A stretch of DNA of 63,865 nucleotides, the filler included, from Candidatus Rokuibacteriota bacterium (lineage in GTDB: Bacteria; JAUVQV01; DATDCY01), in NCBI GenBank assembly GCA_031406795.1. It is 6 parts of 6 records of this genome, joined end to end, with 100 filler letters (N's around TTAATTAATTAA, not from the genome) between each part and the next. Parts side by side here need not be neighbours in the genome. Positions count along the whole stretch, not along the records: positions 22,779 to 48,287 come from JANOHV010000181.1; positions 48,388 to 50,170 come from JANOHV010000062.1; positions 50,271 to 60,328 come from JANOHV010000085.1; 3 more parts are not named here. The stretch is one strand, 5' to 3'. Shown here one piece after another: positions 44,594 to 54,039 of the stretch. Position 1 is the stretch's first letter, and each line of letters starts with the position of its first letter. The notes beneath the pieces were generated by a model. That model did no database searches and was not told where the DNA came from. It saw only the letters and a list, made by a program, of their open reading frames with translations. The position numbers were made by a program, and so were the translations under genes.

Positions 44594-47500
44594 TGGCCGC
44601 GGCAGCGGATCGGCGGCCCCCCCAGCGCCTGGGGAAGATCCTCCTCCGGCGGGTCCTGCTCGCCGGGCTCGCGCTCACCGCGGTTCTCTCGATCCTTGCG
44701 GCGGGCCTGGACTACCGCCGGCGAGTCGCCGATCTCCAGGGCAAAATCTCGCAGCTCGAGGTCACCCACGGGAGGGTCCTCGCGGAGTCTCTCTGGAAGC
44801 TGGACCGGCAACTCGTCGAGGCCCAAGCGGATAGCATCCTCAACATCCCCTATGTCGTCCACGTTGCGATCGTCGAGAAGGGCGTCACCACTCACGAGAA
44901 CGGGCGAAGGGCGGGGCGCGGCGCCATCAAGCGGGAGCTGCCCCTCTCTTATGAGCACCGCGGGACGCGAGTGCCCCTCGGAACGCTCCAGATCGAAGCC
45001 GACCCCGCCCTCGTGCGAAGCGACACAATGGCGCGGCTCGCGCTGATCCTCCTGTTCCAGCTGGCCACGGTGGGAATCACGAGCGCGATTATGCTCCTCG
45101 TGTTCAACCGCCTCGTGACCCGGCATTTCAACACAGCGTCGCGCTATTTCGAGGCGGTTGCGGCCGACGGCATGCCCCCGCCGCTGCGGCTCGGGAAAAC
45201 GAACCGCCAGGATGAGCTCGACCTGCTCGCCGAGTCCTTCAACGACCTGCTCGAGCGGCTGAACGCCAGCCAGCGCAACCTGCGGGAGAGCGAAAGGAAG
45301 TATCGGGATCTGGTCGAGTTGACCCACGACCTGGTGTGGGAAGTGGACACCGAAGGACGGATCACCTTCATGAGCGCGGCGTCGCGTCGCATTTACGGAC
45401 GCGAGCCGGAGGAGATGATCGGTCGCCCGTTCTACGAGTTCGTTTCGCCGGAGGAAGTCGCCCGGGACAGGGCGGAACTGGAGCGGGCGCTGGCCTCCGG
45501 GGAGGCCAGCCTGAAATTCGAGAACCGTGTGCTTCACCGGGATGGCCACGAAGTCGTTCTGCTCGCCAATGCGGTGGTGCGCCGGGACGAGGCGGGCGGC
45601 ATCGTGGGCACGGTGGGCACGTCACAGGACGTCACCGAGCGCAAGCGGGCGGAAGAAGCGCTGCATGCGTCGCAGCAGATTCTCGAGAACATCCTCAACA
45701 CGATCTCCGTGCGGGTGTTCTGGAAGGACAAGAATCTCGTCTACCTGGGCTGCAACGCCGCCTTCGCGCGCGATGCCGGATTTGCCGACCCGAAGGATAT
45801 CGTCGGCAAAGACGATTACCAGATGGGGTGGCGCGCGCAGGCGGACCTGTATCGCCGCGACGACCGCGAGGTCATCGAGAGCGGCCGCCCCAAGCTCCTC
45901 GTCGAAGAACCCCAGACGACCCCTGGGGGGGATATCGTCACGTTTCTCACGAGCAAGGTTCCGTTGCGCAATGCCCAGGGCGAGATCGGCGGGGTGCTCG
46001 GGACGTATCTGGACATCACCGATCGGATTCGCGCCGGGAAGGAAAAGGCGGCGCTCGAAGGTCAGCTGCGGCAGTCCCAGAAGATGGAGGCGATCGGGCG
46101 GCTGGCGGGAGGGGTGGCGCACGACTTCAACAACCTGACGGCAATCGTCCTTGGTTTCGGCGCGATCCTCCTGCGCGAGCTGCTCCCGGAGGATCCCCTG
46201 CGCAGGAGCGCGGAACAGATCGTGGCGGCCGGGAGGCGCTCGGCCGCGCTGGTCAGCCAGCTTCTGGCTTTCGGCCGGAGGCAGGTGTTGCAGCCGAGGG
46301 TGCTGCATCTCAACGGACTTCTCCAGGGATCGGAAGCGATGTTCGCCCGGCTCATCGGGGAGGACGTGGAACTGATGTACAAGCTCGCGGCGGACCCGGA
46401 CCTGATCAAGGCCGATCCGGGACAAGTCGAGCAGGTCATCGCCAACCTCGTGGTCAATGCCCGCGATGCGATGCCGCTGGGGGGCAGGCTGACGATCGAA
46501 ACCGCCAACGCCGAGTTCAGCGAGACGTGGGTCCAGGGGGGCGTGAACGTCCTCCCCGGGAAGTACGTGGCGCTGTCCGTGACCGATTCCGGGAGCGGCA
46601 TGGACCAGGCGACGCTGGCGAGGCTCTTCGAGCCGTTCTTCACGACCAAGGCGAAGGGGAAGGGCACCGGCCTGGGGCTGGCCACGACCTACGGGATCGT
46701 GAAGCAGTCTGGCGGGTACATCATGGCCGAATCGGAACCCGGGAAGGGCACGACCTTCAGGATCTACCTGCCGCAAAGAGACGAGGAGCCGGAAGCCCTG
46801 GAAGACGCAGCCGTCGAAACCGTGGCGGACGCGCCGCGGGGCAACGCCGAGCGGATTCTGCTGGTGGAGGACGAAACGCCGCTGCGGGAGCTGTGTGCGA
46901 CCATGCTGGAGAGGCTTGGCTACCGCGTCAGCAGCGCCGCCGGCGGACTCGAGGCCCTGGTGCTCGTGCGGGAGCAGCGGCTCGAGCCCGACATGGTCCT
47001 CACCGACGTGATCATGCCCGGCATGGGCGGCGCCGAGTTGGCGCAGAAGCTCCGAAGCCAGCGGCCGGGTCTCGCCGTGATCTTCATGTCCGGTTACCCC
47101 GATGAAGCCATCGCCCCGCACGGCGTTCTCGAGCCGGGCCTGCCCTTCCTCCAGAAGCCCTTCTCGGAAGAGGTGCTCGCGAGGAAGGTGCGGGAGGTCC
47201 TGGCGGGCAAGACCGCGGGCGCGCATCAGCGGCGGCGCGTCCTGATGATCGACGACGACGCGGAGTTCGTCGACCTGGTCCGGCACTTCACCACAAAGCG
47301 GGGTCACGCCTTCGAGGGTGTGGACTCCTCGGCCGCGGCGCTGACGGCCATGACCGGCCAGCCCTTCGACGTGCTGCTGGTCGACATGAGCCTCCCGGGA
47401 ACGGATGGCGTGCGCATCTTGCGGGAGATCCGCGGCGCGGGCCACGTTGCGCCTGCGATCCTGCATACCGGCGACGCGTCCTCTGCGGACATGGCCGTGC

Positions 47501-47619
47501 TGGGCCCGCTCGGCGTGGTGTCCGTCCTGGAGAAATCGGGCCGAGCCGAGCCGCTGCTCCAGGCAATCGAGGCCGCGGGCGAGCTGAACGATCGTCCTGG
47601 GCAAACAGGCCTGCGCTGA
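44593..47619 (+). CDS. Hybrid sensor kinase (TM-HAMP-PAS-PAS-HK-REC-REC)
   Basis: AHDFNN, GTGLGL, two receiver domains (LLVEDE, LMIDDD). Confidence 0.93.
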   Translation: MAAAADRRPPQRLGKILLRRVLLAGLALTAVLSILAAGLDYRRRVADLQGKISQLEVTHGRVLAESLWKLDRQLVEAQADSILNIPYVVHVAIVEKGVTTHENGRRAGRGAIKRELPLSYEHRGTRVPLGTLQIEADPALVRSDTMARLALILLFQLATVGITSAIMLLVFNRLVTRHFNTASRYFEAVAADGMPPPLRLGKTNRQDELDLLAESFNDLLERLNASQRNLRESERKYRDLVELTHDLVWEVDTEGRITFMSAASRRIYGREPEEMIGRPFYEFVSPEEVARDRAELERALASGEASLKFENRVLHRDGHEVVLLANAVVRRDEAGGIVGTVGTSQDVTERKRAEEALHASQQILENILNTISVRVFWKDKNLVYLGCNAAFARDAGFADPKDIVGKDDYQMGWRAQADLYRRDDREVIESGRPKLLVEEPQTTPGGDIVTFLTSKVPLRNAQGEIGGVLGTYLDITDRIRAGKEKAALEGQLRQSQKMEAIGRLAGGVAHDFNNLTAIVLGFGAILLRELLPEDPLRRSAEQIVAAGRRSAALVSQLLAFGRRQVLQPRVLHLNGLLQGSEAMFARLIGEDVELMYKLAADPDLIKADPGQVEQVIANLVVNARDAMPLGGRLTIETANAEFSETWVQGGVNVLPGKYVALSVTDSGSGMDQATLARLFEPFFTTKAKGKGTGLGLATTYGIVKQSGGYIMAESEPGKGTTFRIYLPQRDEEPEALEDAAVETVADAPRGNAERILLVEDETPLRELCATMLERLGYRVSSAAGGLEALVLVREQRLEPDMVLTDVIMPGMGGAELAQKLRSQRPGLAVIFMSGYPDEAIAPHGVLEPGLPFLQKPFSEEVLARKVREVLAGKTAGAHQRRRVLMIDDDAEFVDLVRHFTTKRGHAFEGVDSSAAALTAMTGQPFDVLLVDMSLPGTDGVRILREIRGAGHVAPAILHTGDASSADMAVLGPLGVVSVLEKSGRAEPLLQAIEAAGELNDRPGQTGLR

Positions 47620-47649
47620 CCGGAGGCCTCACTCAGGCCGAACCCGCAG

Positions 47650-47985
47650 CTACTCACGGGCCACGGCGGCCACGGCGGGGATCTTGGCCGGGTCCTCAAG
47701 CAGGAACTGAGGGTTGATCCGGGCGCCGTGCCAGCGGATGCCGAAGAACAGATGAGTTCCGGTGGAGCGGCCCGTTGTGCCGACCAGACCGAGCGTGTCG
47801 CCCTTGCTGACCTGTTGCTCCGCCTTCACCCCGATCTCGGAGAGGTGGAAGTACATGCTGATGTGTCCGTCGCCGTGGTCGATAAAAACAGCGTTGCCTG
47901 GGAAGAACAGATCCTCAGCCATCACCACCGTTCCGTCGGCGACTGCCAGGACCCTCGTGCCCTCCGGAGTGGAATAGTCGCCCGC
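47650..47985 (-). pseudogene. M23 peptidase C-terminal fragment
   Basis: GNAVFIDHG..SMYFHL...GRSTGTHLFF; no N-terminus and HxH altered. Confidence 0.8.
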
Positions 47986-47986
47986 A

Positions 47987-48055
47987 GTACTAGTCACCGC
48001 ATACCGCCCCGACACCGCGCGATGGAGCGAAGATTTCAGGAGGAGGCTGTCATGA
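47987..48055 (+). pseudogene. DUF4258 toxin C-terminal remnant
   Basis: VLVTAYRPDTARWSEDFRRR; stop overlaps the next ATG. Confidence 0.65.
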
Positions 48056-48267
48056 GAAAAAGGAGAACCAGGAAGCTTGTGCATGAAGGTTCGTACGCCG
48101 CCGAAGTCGAGGTTGATCTGATCGACGCCGACGAGGGATGGTCCCCCTACCTGTCGGTCGGGGATGCGTACAAGCTCGACGATGTCCGCGATGCGTTGCG
48201 GCGGGGAGATCTTGCGACCGCGGCGCGGCAGTCGAGGGTATTCACGTTGACGCCGATCGCCGTCTGA
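48052..48267 (+). CDS. Small putative antitoxin-like protein
   Basis: KLVHEGSYAAEVEV...WSPYLS..DAYKLDDVR; coupled to the toxin remnant. Confidence 0.7.
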   Translation: MRKRRTRKLVHEGSYAAEVEVDLIDADEGWSPYLSVGDAYKLDDVRDALRRGDLATAARQSRVFTLTPIAV

Positions 48268-48287
48268 ACAAACTCGGGGCGGGCCCC

Positions 48288-48387
48288 NNNNNNNNNNNNN
48301 NNNNNNNNNNNNNNNNNNNNNNNNNNNNNNNTTAATTAATTAANNNNNNNNNNNNNNNNNNNNNNNNNNNNNNNNNNNNNNNNNNNN
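48288..48387. other. Artificial contig linker
   Basis: N-run, TTAATTAATTAA, N-run. Confidence 0.99.
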
Positions 48388-49706
48388 TGCGGCGCGGGCT
48401 GGCCGGACGGGGCCGGGCGCGGGGCGTGATGCCCCTGGCCCGAAGACTGCGGACGCTGCTGCTGGCGCGGAGGATAGCCCCCGCCGCCACCACCGCGGCC
48501 GCCGTGCTGCGGGCGCTGACCTTGCGGGCGCTGCCCCTGGGCGGGTGCGGCGCCCTGGAAGCCCATGGCGGGGCGCGGCTGCGCGCCGTAATTGAAACCC
48601 TCGAGCTGGAGTTGCGGCACCTTCTGGCCGATGAAGCGCTCGATGGCCCGGATGTCGCCGGCCTGGTCGGGCGTGGTGAGCGTGAAGGCGTCGCCGATGG
48701 CCGCGGCGCGGCCGGTGCGGCCGATGCGGTGGACGTAGTCCTCGGGGTTGGCGGGAATGTCGTAGTTGATGACGTGCGACACGCCGGCGACATCGATGCC
48801 GCGGGCGGCGATGTCGGTGGCGACCATCACCTCGTATTTGCCGGACTTGAAACCCTCGAGCGCTTCGACGCGCTGCGACTGCGAGCGGTTGGCGTGGAGG
48901 ACGGCGACCGAGTGGTTGGCGGCCTTCAGCTTGCGGGCGATCTTGTCGGCGCCGTGCTTGGTGCGGGAGAAAATGAGGCAGCTGTGGAAATCCGTTTCCT
49001 CAAGCAAGGCGACCAGCAGGTCGAACTTCAGACCCATGTTGACGGGATAGAAGGCGTGCGTGACCGACTTGTTAACGGTGCGGGCGACGCCGATCTCGAC
49101 GCGGGCGGGATTGCGCAGGGCGAAGCGGGCCACTTCCTCGATCTCCGGCGGCACGGTGGCGGAGAAGAACAGGGTCTGGCGCTCGCGCGGGCACATCGCG
49201 ATGATCTTCTTCACGTCCTTGACGAAGCCCATGTCGAGCATCCGGTCGACCTCGTCGAGGATGAGGATCTTGACGGCGTCGAGCCGGAGGGTGCGTTCCT
49301 GGAGAAAGTCCATGAGGCGGCCCGGGGTGGCGACGACGATGTCGGTGCCGGCCGAGATCTCGCTGCGCTGGCGGCCGTAGCCGACGCCGCCGTGGACGAC
49401 GGTGGCGCGGAGGTCGGTGAAGCGGCCGAAGTCGCGGAAGGCGGTCTCGACCTGCGCGGCGAGTTCGCGGGTGGGCTCGAGCACGAGCACGCGCGGGCCG
49501 CGGGCCTCGTGCTTGGCGAGGCGGGCGAGGACGGGGAGGGCGAAGGCGGCGGTCTTGCCCGTGCCGGTCTGGGCCGAGCCGATGAGGTCGCCGCCGCCGA
49601 GGACGACGGGGATGGCGCGCAGCTGGATGGGCGTCGGATCGGTGTAGCCCATGGCTTTCACACCGTTGAGCAGGGCGGGCGTCAGCCCGAGCTTGGAAAA
49701 TGGCAT
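48388..49706 (-). CDS. DEAD-box RNA helicase (RhlE-like), 3' truncated
   Basis: AQTGTGKT, PTRELA, DEVD, SAT, HRIGRTGR. Confidence 0.95.
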
Positions 49707-49774
49707 AGAGGGTCATTACCCCGGGATTCCCGGCGCAACGCGAGGCAATTCAGCGTCGCGCGCCCAACCTGCCG

Positions 49775-49868
49775 GTCATTCTGAGCGGAGCGAAGAATCC
49801 ATCAGAATGTCCGTGGCTCGGGATGGTCGCGAATGTTGCGATGGATCCTTCGCTTCGTTCAGGATGAC
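49775..49868. repeat. RPE-like palindromic element
   Basis: GTCATTCTGAGCGGAGCGAAGAATCC ... GGATCCTTCGCTTCGTTCAGGATGAC. Confidence 0.8.
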
Positions 49869-49889
49869 AAGCCAATGAGAACTTTGGTT

Positions 49890-50170
49890 TTACTCGGTCA
49901 CCAACCGGTAGCCAATGCCCGCGTCGGTCTTGAGGTGCCGGGGCGTGTGCGGGTCAGCCTCCAGCTTCTGCCGGAGGTGCGTCATGTGGACGCGAAGGTA
50001 GTGGGTGCTTTCCTCGGCGTTGGGGCCCCAGAGCTCGCGCAGGATCTGCCGGTGGGTGACGACCTTGCCGCGATGTTGCACGAGCAGCTGAAAAAGCGCG
50101 TATTCCTTGGCGGTCAGGCGCACCTCGACGCCAGCCCGACGCACGACGCGCGCGGCCTGGTCGATTTCGA
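49890..50170 (-). CDS. KdpE-like OmpR response regulator, C-terminal part
   Basis: LTAKEY...GKVVTHRQIL..WG...YLRVHM..LRQKLE.DP..P...GIGYRL. Confidence 0.88.
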
Positions 50171-50270
50171 NNNNNNNNNNNNNNNNNNNNNNNNNNNNNN
50201 NNNNNNNNNNNNNNTTAATTAATTAANNNNNNNNNNNNNNNNNNNNNNNNNNNNNNNNNNNNNNNNNNNN
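50171..50270. other. Artificial contig linker
   Basis: N-run, TTAATTAATTAA, N-run. Confidence 0.99.
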
Positions 50271-50362
50271 GGCTCCCCGGGCGGCGCCGCGGGCGGCGCG
50301 CCGGCGCAGGCCGCGAGCAGCAGCGCGGCGGCGGGGAGCAGCAGAACCGCGATCCGCTTCAT
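50271..50362 (-). CDS. Lipoprotein N-terminus (cut by contig end)
   Basis: MKRIAVLLL...LLAAC lipobox. Confidence 0.6.
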
Positions 50363-51393
50363 CGCAGGGCTCTGCGATCGCTCGTCACGAGATTCTTCTC
50401 GAACCGGGCGAGATCGAAGTCGTCGAAGATCATCGAGCGGCCGAGCCGGAAGTTCGACGCGAAGAAAGGATTGGCTTCGCGCGTGACCGTCACGGCCGCC
50501 CGGTAGCCCTGCTGCTTCAACAGCGCGATCGCGAGGCCGTTGGTCTCGCCGTAGGGGTAGGCCAGGATTGTCGGGCGCTTGCCCAGATTCTGCTCGATGG
50601 CGCGCGTCGACTCGGTGATCTCCCGGGCGACCGCCGTGAAGTACTGATCGGCGCTCTCCTGGGCCAGGGGGAGCGCCAGGTTGCGGTGGCTGATGGTGTG
50701 GCACTGCACGTCGATGCCCTCGGCCGCCATCTCGCGCACGTGGTCCCAGGAGAGCGTGTTGGCGCCGCCGGTGATCAGCTGGGTGTAGACGAAGAGGGTG
50801 GCCGGGTAGCCGTACTTCCTGAGGATCGGGAACGCGATGTCGTAGGCGGTGCGCCAGCCGTCGTCGATGGTGATCACCACGGCCTTCTCCGGCAGTTGCC
50901 CGCGGAATTCCAGAAAGTCGAGCAACTGCCCGAAACTGACGACCCGATAGCCCTTCTCCTTGAGCAGGCGCATCTGAGCCTCGAAATTCTCGCGCGACAC
51001 GGTCATCCGGTTCGTGCTCTTTTCGGCGAACTGGTGGTAGCTGAGCACCGGAACGGTTTGATAACGCTCCTGGGTCAGCCCGCCGCGACGGAAGGGGAGC
51101 AGCGGGACGACCAGCTCCTGGCCGGGGGCCGCGTCGGCGACGCCGTTGTACTCGGCGATCTCCCAGGCCCGGGACGGGTCGCCGAGCCAGCTCTCCGCGA
51201 GCGTCGCGAGGGTCTCCCCGGGTCGGACGACCACTGCGGCGAACCCGGGCGTCCGCACGAGCTGCGTCGCGTCGAGGGCCGGCCGCGACCCCGGCTGCGG
51301 GGCGACCGCGGACTGCGTCGCGCAGCCGGCGAGCGCGACGGCCAGGACCGCCGCGGCGCGGCCCGCGCGCCGCAGGAGCTTCGGGATCGCCAT
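50359..51393 (-). CDS. Lipoprotein LysM-polysaccharide deacetylase (CE4)
   Basis: LAGC lipobox, VRPGETLATLA LysM, TIDDG, HTISH, AYPYG. Confidence 0.88.
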   Translation of the reverse strand: MAIPKLLRRAGRAAAVLAVALAGCATQSAVAPQPGSRPALDATQLVRTPGFAAVVVRPGETLATLAESWLGDPSRAWEIAEYNGVADAAPGQELVVPLLPFRRGGLTQERYQTVPVLSYHQFAEKSTNRMTVSRENFEAQMRLLKEKGYRVVSFGQLLDFLEFRGQLPEKAVVITIDDGWRTAYDIAFPILRKYGYPATLFVYTQLITGGANTLSWDHVREMAAEGIDVQCHTISHRNLALPLAQESADQYFTAVAREITESTRAIEQNLGKRPTILAYPYGETNGLAIALLKQQGYRAAVTVTREANPFFASNFRLGRSMIFDDFDLARFEKNLVTSDRRALR

Positions 51394-53060
51394 CAGGCTT
51401 CGTCCTCTTTCACCCCGGAGACCTCGAAGATCTCGATCGGCTCGGACTTGCCCTTGACCCGGGCCGGCGGCAGGGCCACCACCTCGACCAGGTCCCCTGC
51501 CGCTTCGCGGGTGCTGCGGGTGATGATGGTTATCCCCCCGCCGGCCAGGGCGTTGACCCGGGAGGCGACGTTCACGCAGTCGCCGATCACGCTGTACTGG
51601 CGCTTGACCTCCGAACCCAGATCGCCGGCAACCGCGACCCCGGAATTGATGCCGATGCCCACTTGCGACAGCAGCGGGTTGCGTCCCGCGTCCTGGGCGA
51701 GCAGTTCGCGCTGCATCGCGACCGAGGCCCGCACGGCGCGCAGCGCATGGTCGGGCTGCACCAGGGGGGCGCCAAAGACGCCGAGCACGGCGTCGCCGAT
51801 GAACTTGTCGACGTAGCCCCCGTGGTTCTGAATGTGGCGCGTGGCGATCTCGAAGTACTCGTTGATGGCATCGACGACGTGCTCCGGGTCTTTGGTCTCG
51901 GCGTAGGCGGTGAAGCCGCGGATGTCGGTGAAGACCACGGTGACTTCCATGCGCTTGCCGCCGAGCAGGACCCCGTCGGGGTGCGCCATGACCATCTCGA
52001 GGATCTCCGGGCTGACGTAACTGCCGAAGGACTTGGTCATGACGAGCTTCTTCCACAACTCGCGGGACATGTAGTTGAAGGCCGAGGCCAGGTCGCCGAA
52101 CTCGTCCCCGCGCACCCGCTCGACGCGGTACTGGAAGTTGCCCTTGCCGATCTCCCGGGTGGCGAGCACGAGCTGCGAGATCGGGCGCGCGAAGCCGACG
52201 CCGATCATGATCGCGATCGAGATCCCGAGGAGCACGATGAAGAGCGACAACACGATGATCGTCAGGCTCTCGCGGCGGATCTGGGTGTCGATGAAATCGA
52301 GCGAGATCCCGACGTTGGCCTCCCCGAGCGTGGTGCCGGAGTAGACCACCGGGCGCGCGAGATTCATCAGGTGCGCCCCGTCGGCCCCCCGGTAGGTCAC
52401 CGACTTGAGGCTGCCCTCGGCGCGGGACCCCTCCGTGACCGGCAGGGCCGGGGCGGCCGAACCGATCCGCGTGGTGTCCGTGTGCGCCCGGATCACCCCG
52501 GCGCGGTCGACGATGCTGGCGTAGACCAGCCCCTCGACCGAGGCCGAGTCCTTGATCAGGCTGTTCAGCCGCAGGGTGTCGTCCTCCAGCAGCGGCAGCG
52601 CCGCATCGCCGGCGAAGTAGTTCAGGCTGACCGTGCCGGTGCGCATCGTCTGGGCGTAGAGCCGGTCACGCTGCCGGGCGAGCATGACGACCGAAAGGGT
52701 CAGGATCGTCAGCCAGATCATGAACGTGATCGCGATGGAGAGCTTGATGCCGATCGGGATGCGCAGGTGCGCCAGCTTGTCGCGCCAGGTGGACTTGCGC
52801 GGCTCGAGCAGCGCCGCAAAGTCGTCGGAGAGGGCGGTCGCCGAGACGCGGTAGTATTTCGCGATCGCCTGGAGCACCGCGTATTCGGAGGCGAACTTCT
52901 GCTCGACGATGATCCGCCCCAGCTGCTGCTTCGAGAGCCGCTGGATTTCCAGCGCGGCCCGCAGTTGCTCCTCGTCGATGACCCCCGCCCGGACGAGCAT
53001 CCGCCCGAGCGGTTCGCGGCGGCCGAGGCCGATGCGCTCGAACAGACTGCCGAACGGCAA
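51393..53060 (-). CDS. Class III adenylate cyclase (MshEN-like-TM-HAMP-CHD)
   Basis: PLGRMLVRAGVIDEEQLRAALEIQ; FTDIRGFT, DKFIGD, IGDCVNVASR. Confidence 0.9.
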   Translation of the reverse strand: MPFGSLFERIGLGRREPLGRMLVRAGVIDEEQLRAALEIQRLSKQQLGRIIVEQKFASEYAVLQAIAKYYRVSATALSDDFAALLEPRKSTWRDKLAHLRIPIGIKLSIAITFMIWLTILTLSVVMLARQRDRLYAQTMRTGTVSLNYFAGDAALPLLEDDTLRLNSLIKDSASVEGLVYASIVDRAGVIRAHTDTTRIGSAAPALPVTEGSRAEGSLKSVTYRGADGAHLMNLARPVVYSGTTLGEANVGISLDFIDTQIRRESLTIIVLSLFIVLLGISIAIMIGVGFARPISQLVLATREIGKGNFQYRVERVRGDEFGDLASAFNYMSRELWKKLVMTKSFGSYVSPEILEMVMAHPDGVLLGGKRMEVTVVFTDIRGFTAYAETKDPEHVVDAINEYFEIATRHIQNHGGYVDKFIGDAVLGVFGAPLVQPDHALRAVRASVAMQRELLAQDAGRNPLLSQVGIGINSGVAVAGDLGSEVKRQYSVIGDCVNVASRVNALAGGGITIITRSTREAAGDLVEVVALPPARVKGKSEPIEIFEVSGVKEDEA

Positions 53061-53133
53061 TGACGCCTCCTTCGTTCAGGACTCTTGCCACTCTAGCCAA
53101 AATCACCCGCCACCGCAACCTTCGGCGCCATTC

Positions 53134-53161
53134 TTGACTTCCGAGTGATTTTCTGTAGAAT
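53134..53161 (+). promoter_or_regulatory. Sigma70 promoter of the yceD-rpmF-plsX operon
   Basis: TTGACT-16 bp-TAGAAT. Confidence 0.65.
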
Positions 53162-53223
53162 TTCGCGCACCTCGACGAAAGGACATGTGCCGCCGCCCGG
53201 CGAAAGAAAGCGGCGTTGAAAAG

Positions 53224-53760
53224 ATGGAACGCTTTGATTTTGTTGTTTTATTGAACAAGATCCCGCCCGAGGGACAGGAGGTCTCGTATGAGATCGCCGA
53301 TCCCGCCAAGGTCGGGATCGCGGTGGCTGTCCCACTGGAGGGGCCGATTCTTGCGGACTTCGAGATCCAGCGGCGCGGCAACGAGATCCAGGTGGAGGGC
53401 ACCGTTCGAGCCCGGGCCCGGCTGCAGTGCTCGCGCTGCCTGGCCTCGTTCACCTTCGCGGTCGCCGGCGAGGTTGAGGCGATCTTCGCGCCCCCGGCGA
53501 AGCTCGTCGAGGGCGATCACCAGCACGAACTCGCCCAGGACGAACTGGAGGTCGAACCTCTGGTGCAGGGGGGGGCCGACCTGCGCGGGGTCATCGCCGA
53601 GCAGATCCACCTCAACCTGCCGCTCAAGCCGCTCTGCCGGGACGACTGTCCGGGGATCTGCACATACTGCGGCCGACCCGGCGCCGACGGGGAGTGCGGG
53701 TGCGCGCCGCCGGCGGGGGATTCCCGCTGGGAGGCGCTGAGGAAGCTGAAGGTTCCCTAG
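53224..53760 (+). CDS. yceD: YceD/DUF177 protein
   Basis: CSRCL, PLKPLCRDDCPGICTYCG, DSRWEAL; upstream of rpmF. Confidence 0.9.
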   Translation: MERFDFVVLLNKIPPEGQEVSYEIADPAKVGIAVAVPLEGPILADFEIQRRGNEIQVEGTVRARARLQCSRCLASFTFAVAGEVEAIFAPPAKLVEGDHQHELAQDELEVEPLVQGGADLRGVIAEQIHLNLPLKPLCRDDCPGICTYCGRPGADGECGCAPPAGDSRWEALRKLKVP

Positions 53761-53824
53761 TCAGTCGCGCCGCCAGCAGGCCGACGGCGTTTGTTGCCAC
53801 CGCACCACAAGGAGAGAGTAGACC

Positions 53825-54007
53825 ATGCCGAATCCCAAGCGAAGACACACCACGGCGCGTCGCGACAAGCGGCGCGCTCACGATGCGCTCACCCCGGCGG
53901 CCCCGACGGCCTGCCCGCAGTGCCAGCAGCCGAAGCTGTCGCATCGGGTTTGCGCCCACTGCGGTTATTACCGCGGGGTCGAGGTCATCACGCCCCGCGA
54001 GGAGTAG
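53825..54007 (+). CDS. rpmF: 50S ribosomal protein L32
   Basis: MPNPKRRH...CPQC...HRVCAHCGYY. Confidence 0.96.
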   Translation: MPNPKRRHTTARRDKRRAHDALTPAAPTACPQCQQPKLSHRVCAHCGYYRGVEVITPREE

Positions 54008-54039
54008 CGGGCGGGCCGTCTGCCGATCCCGGACTGACC

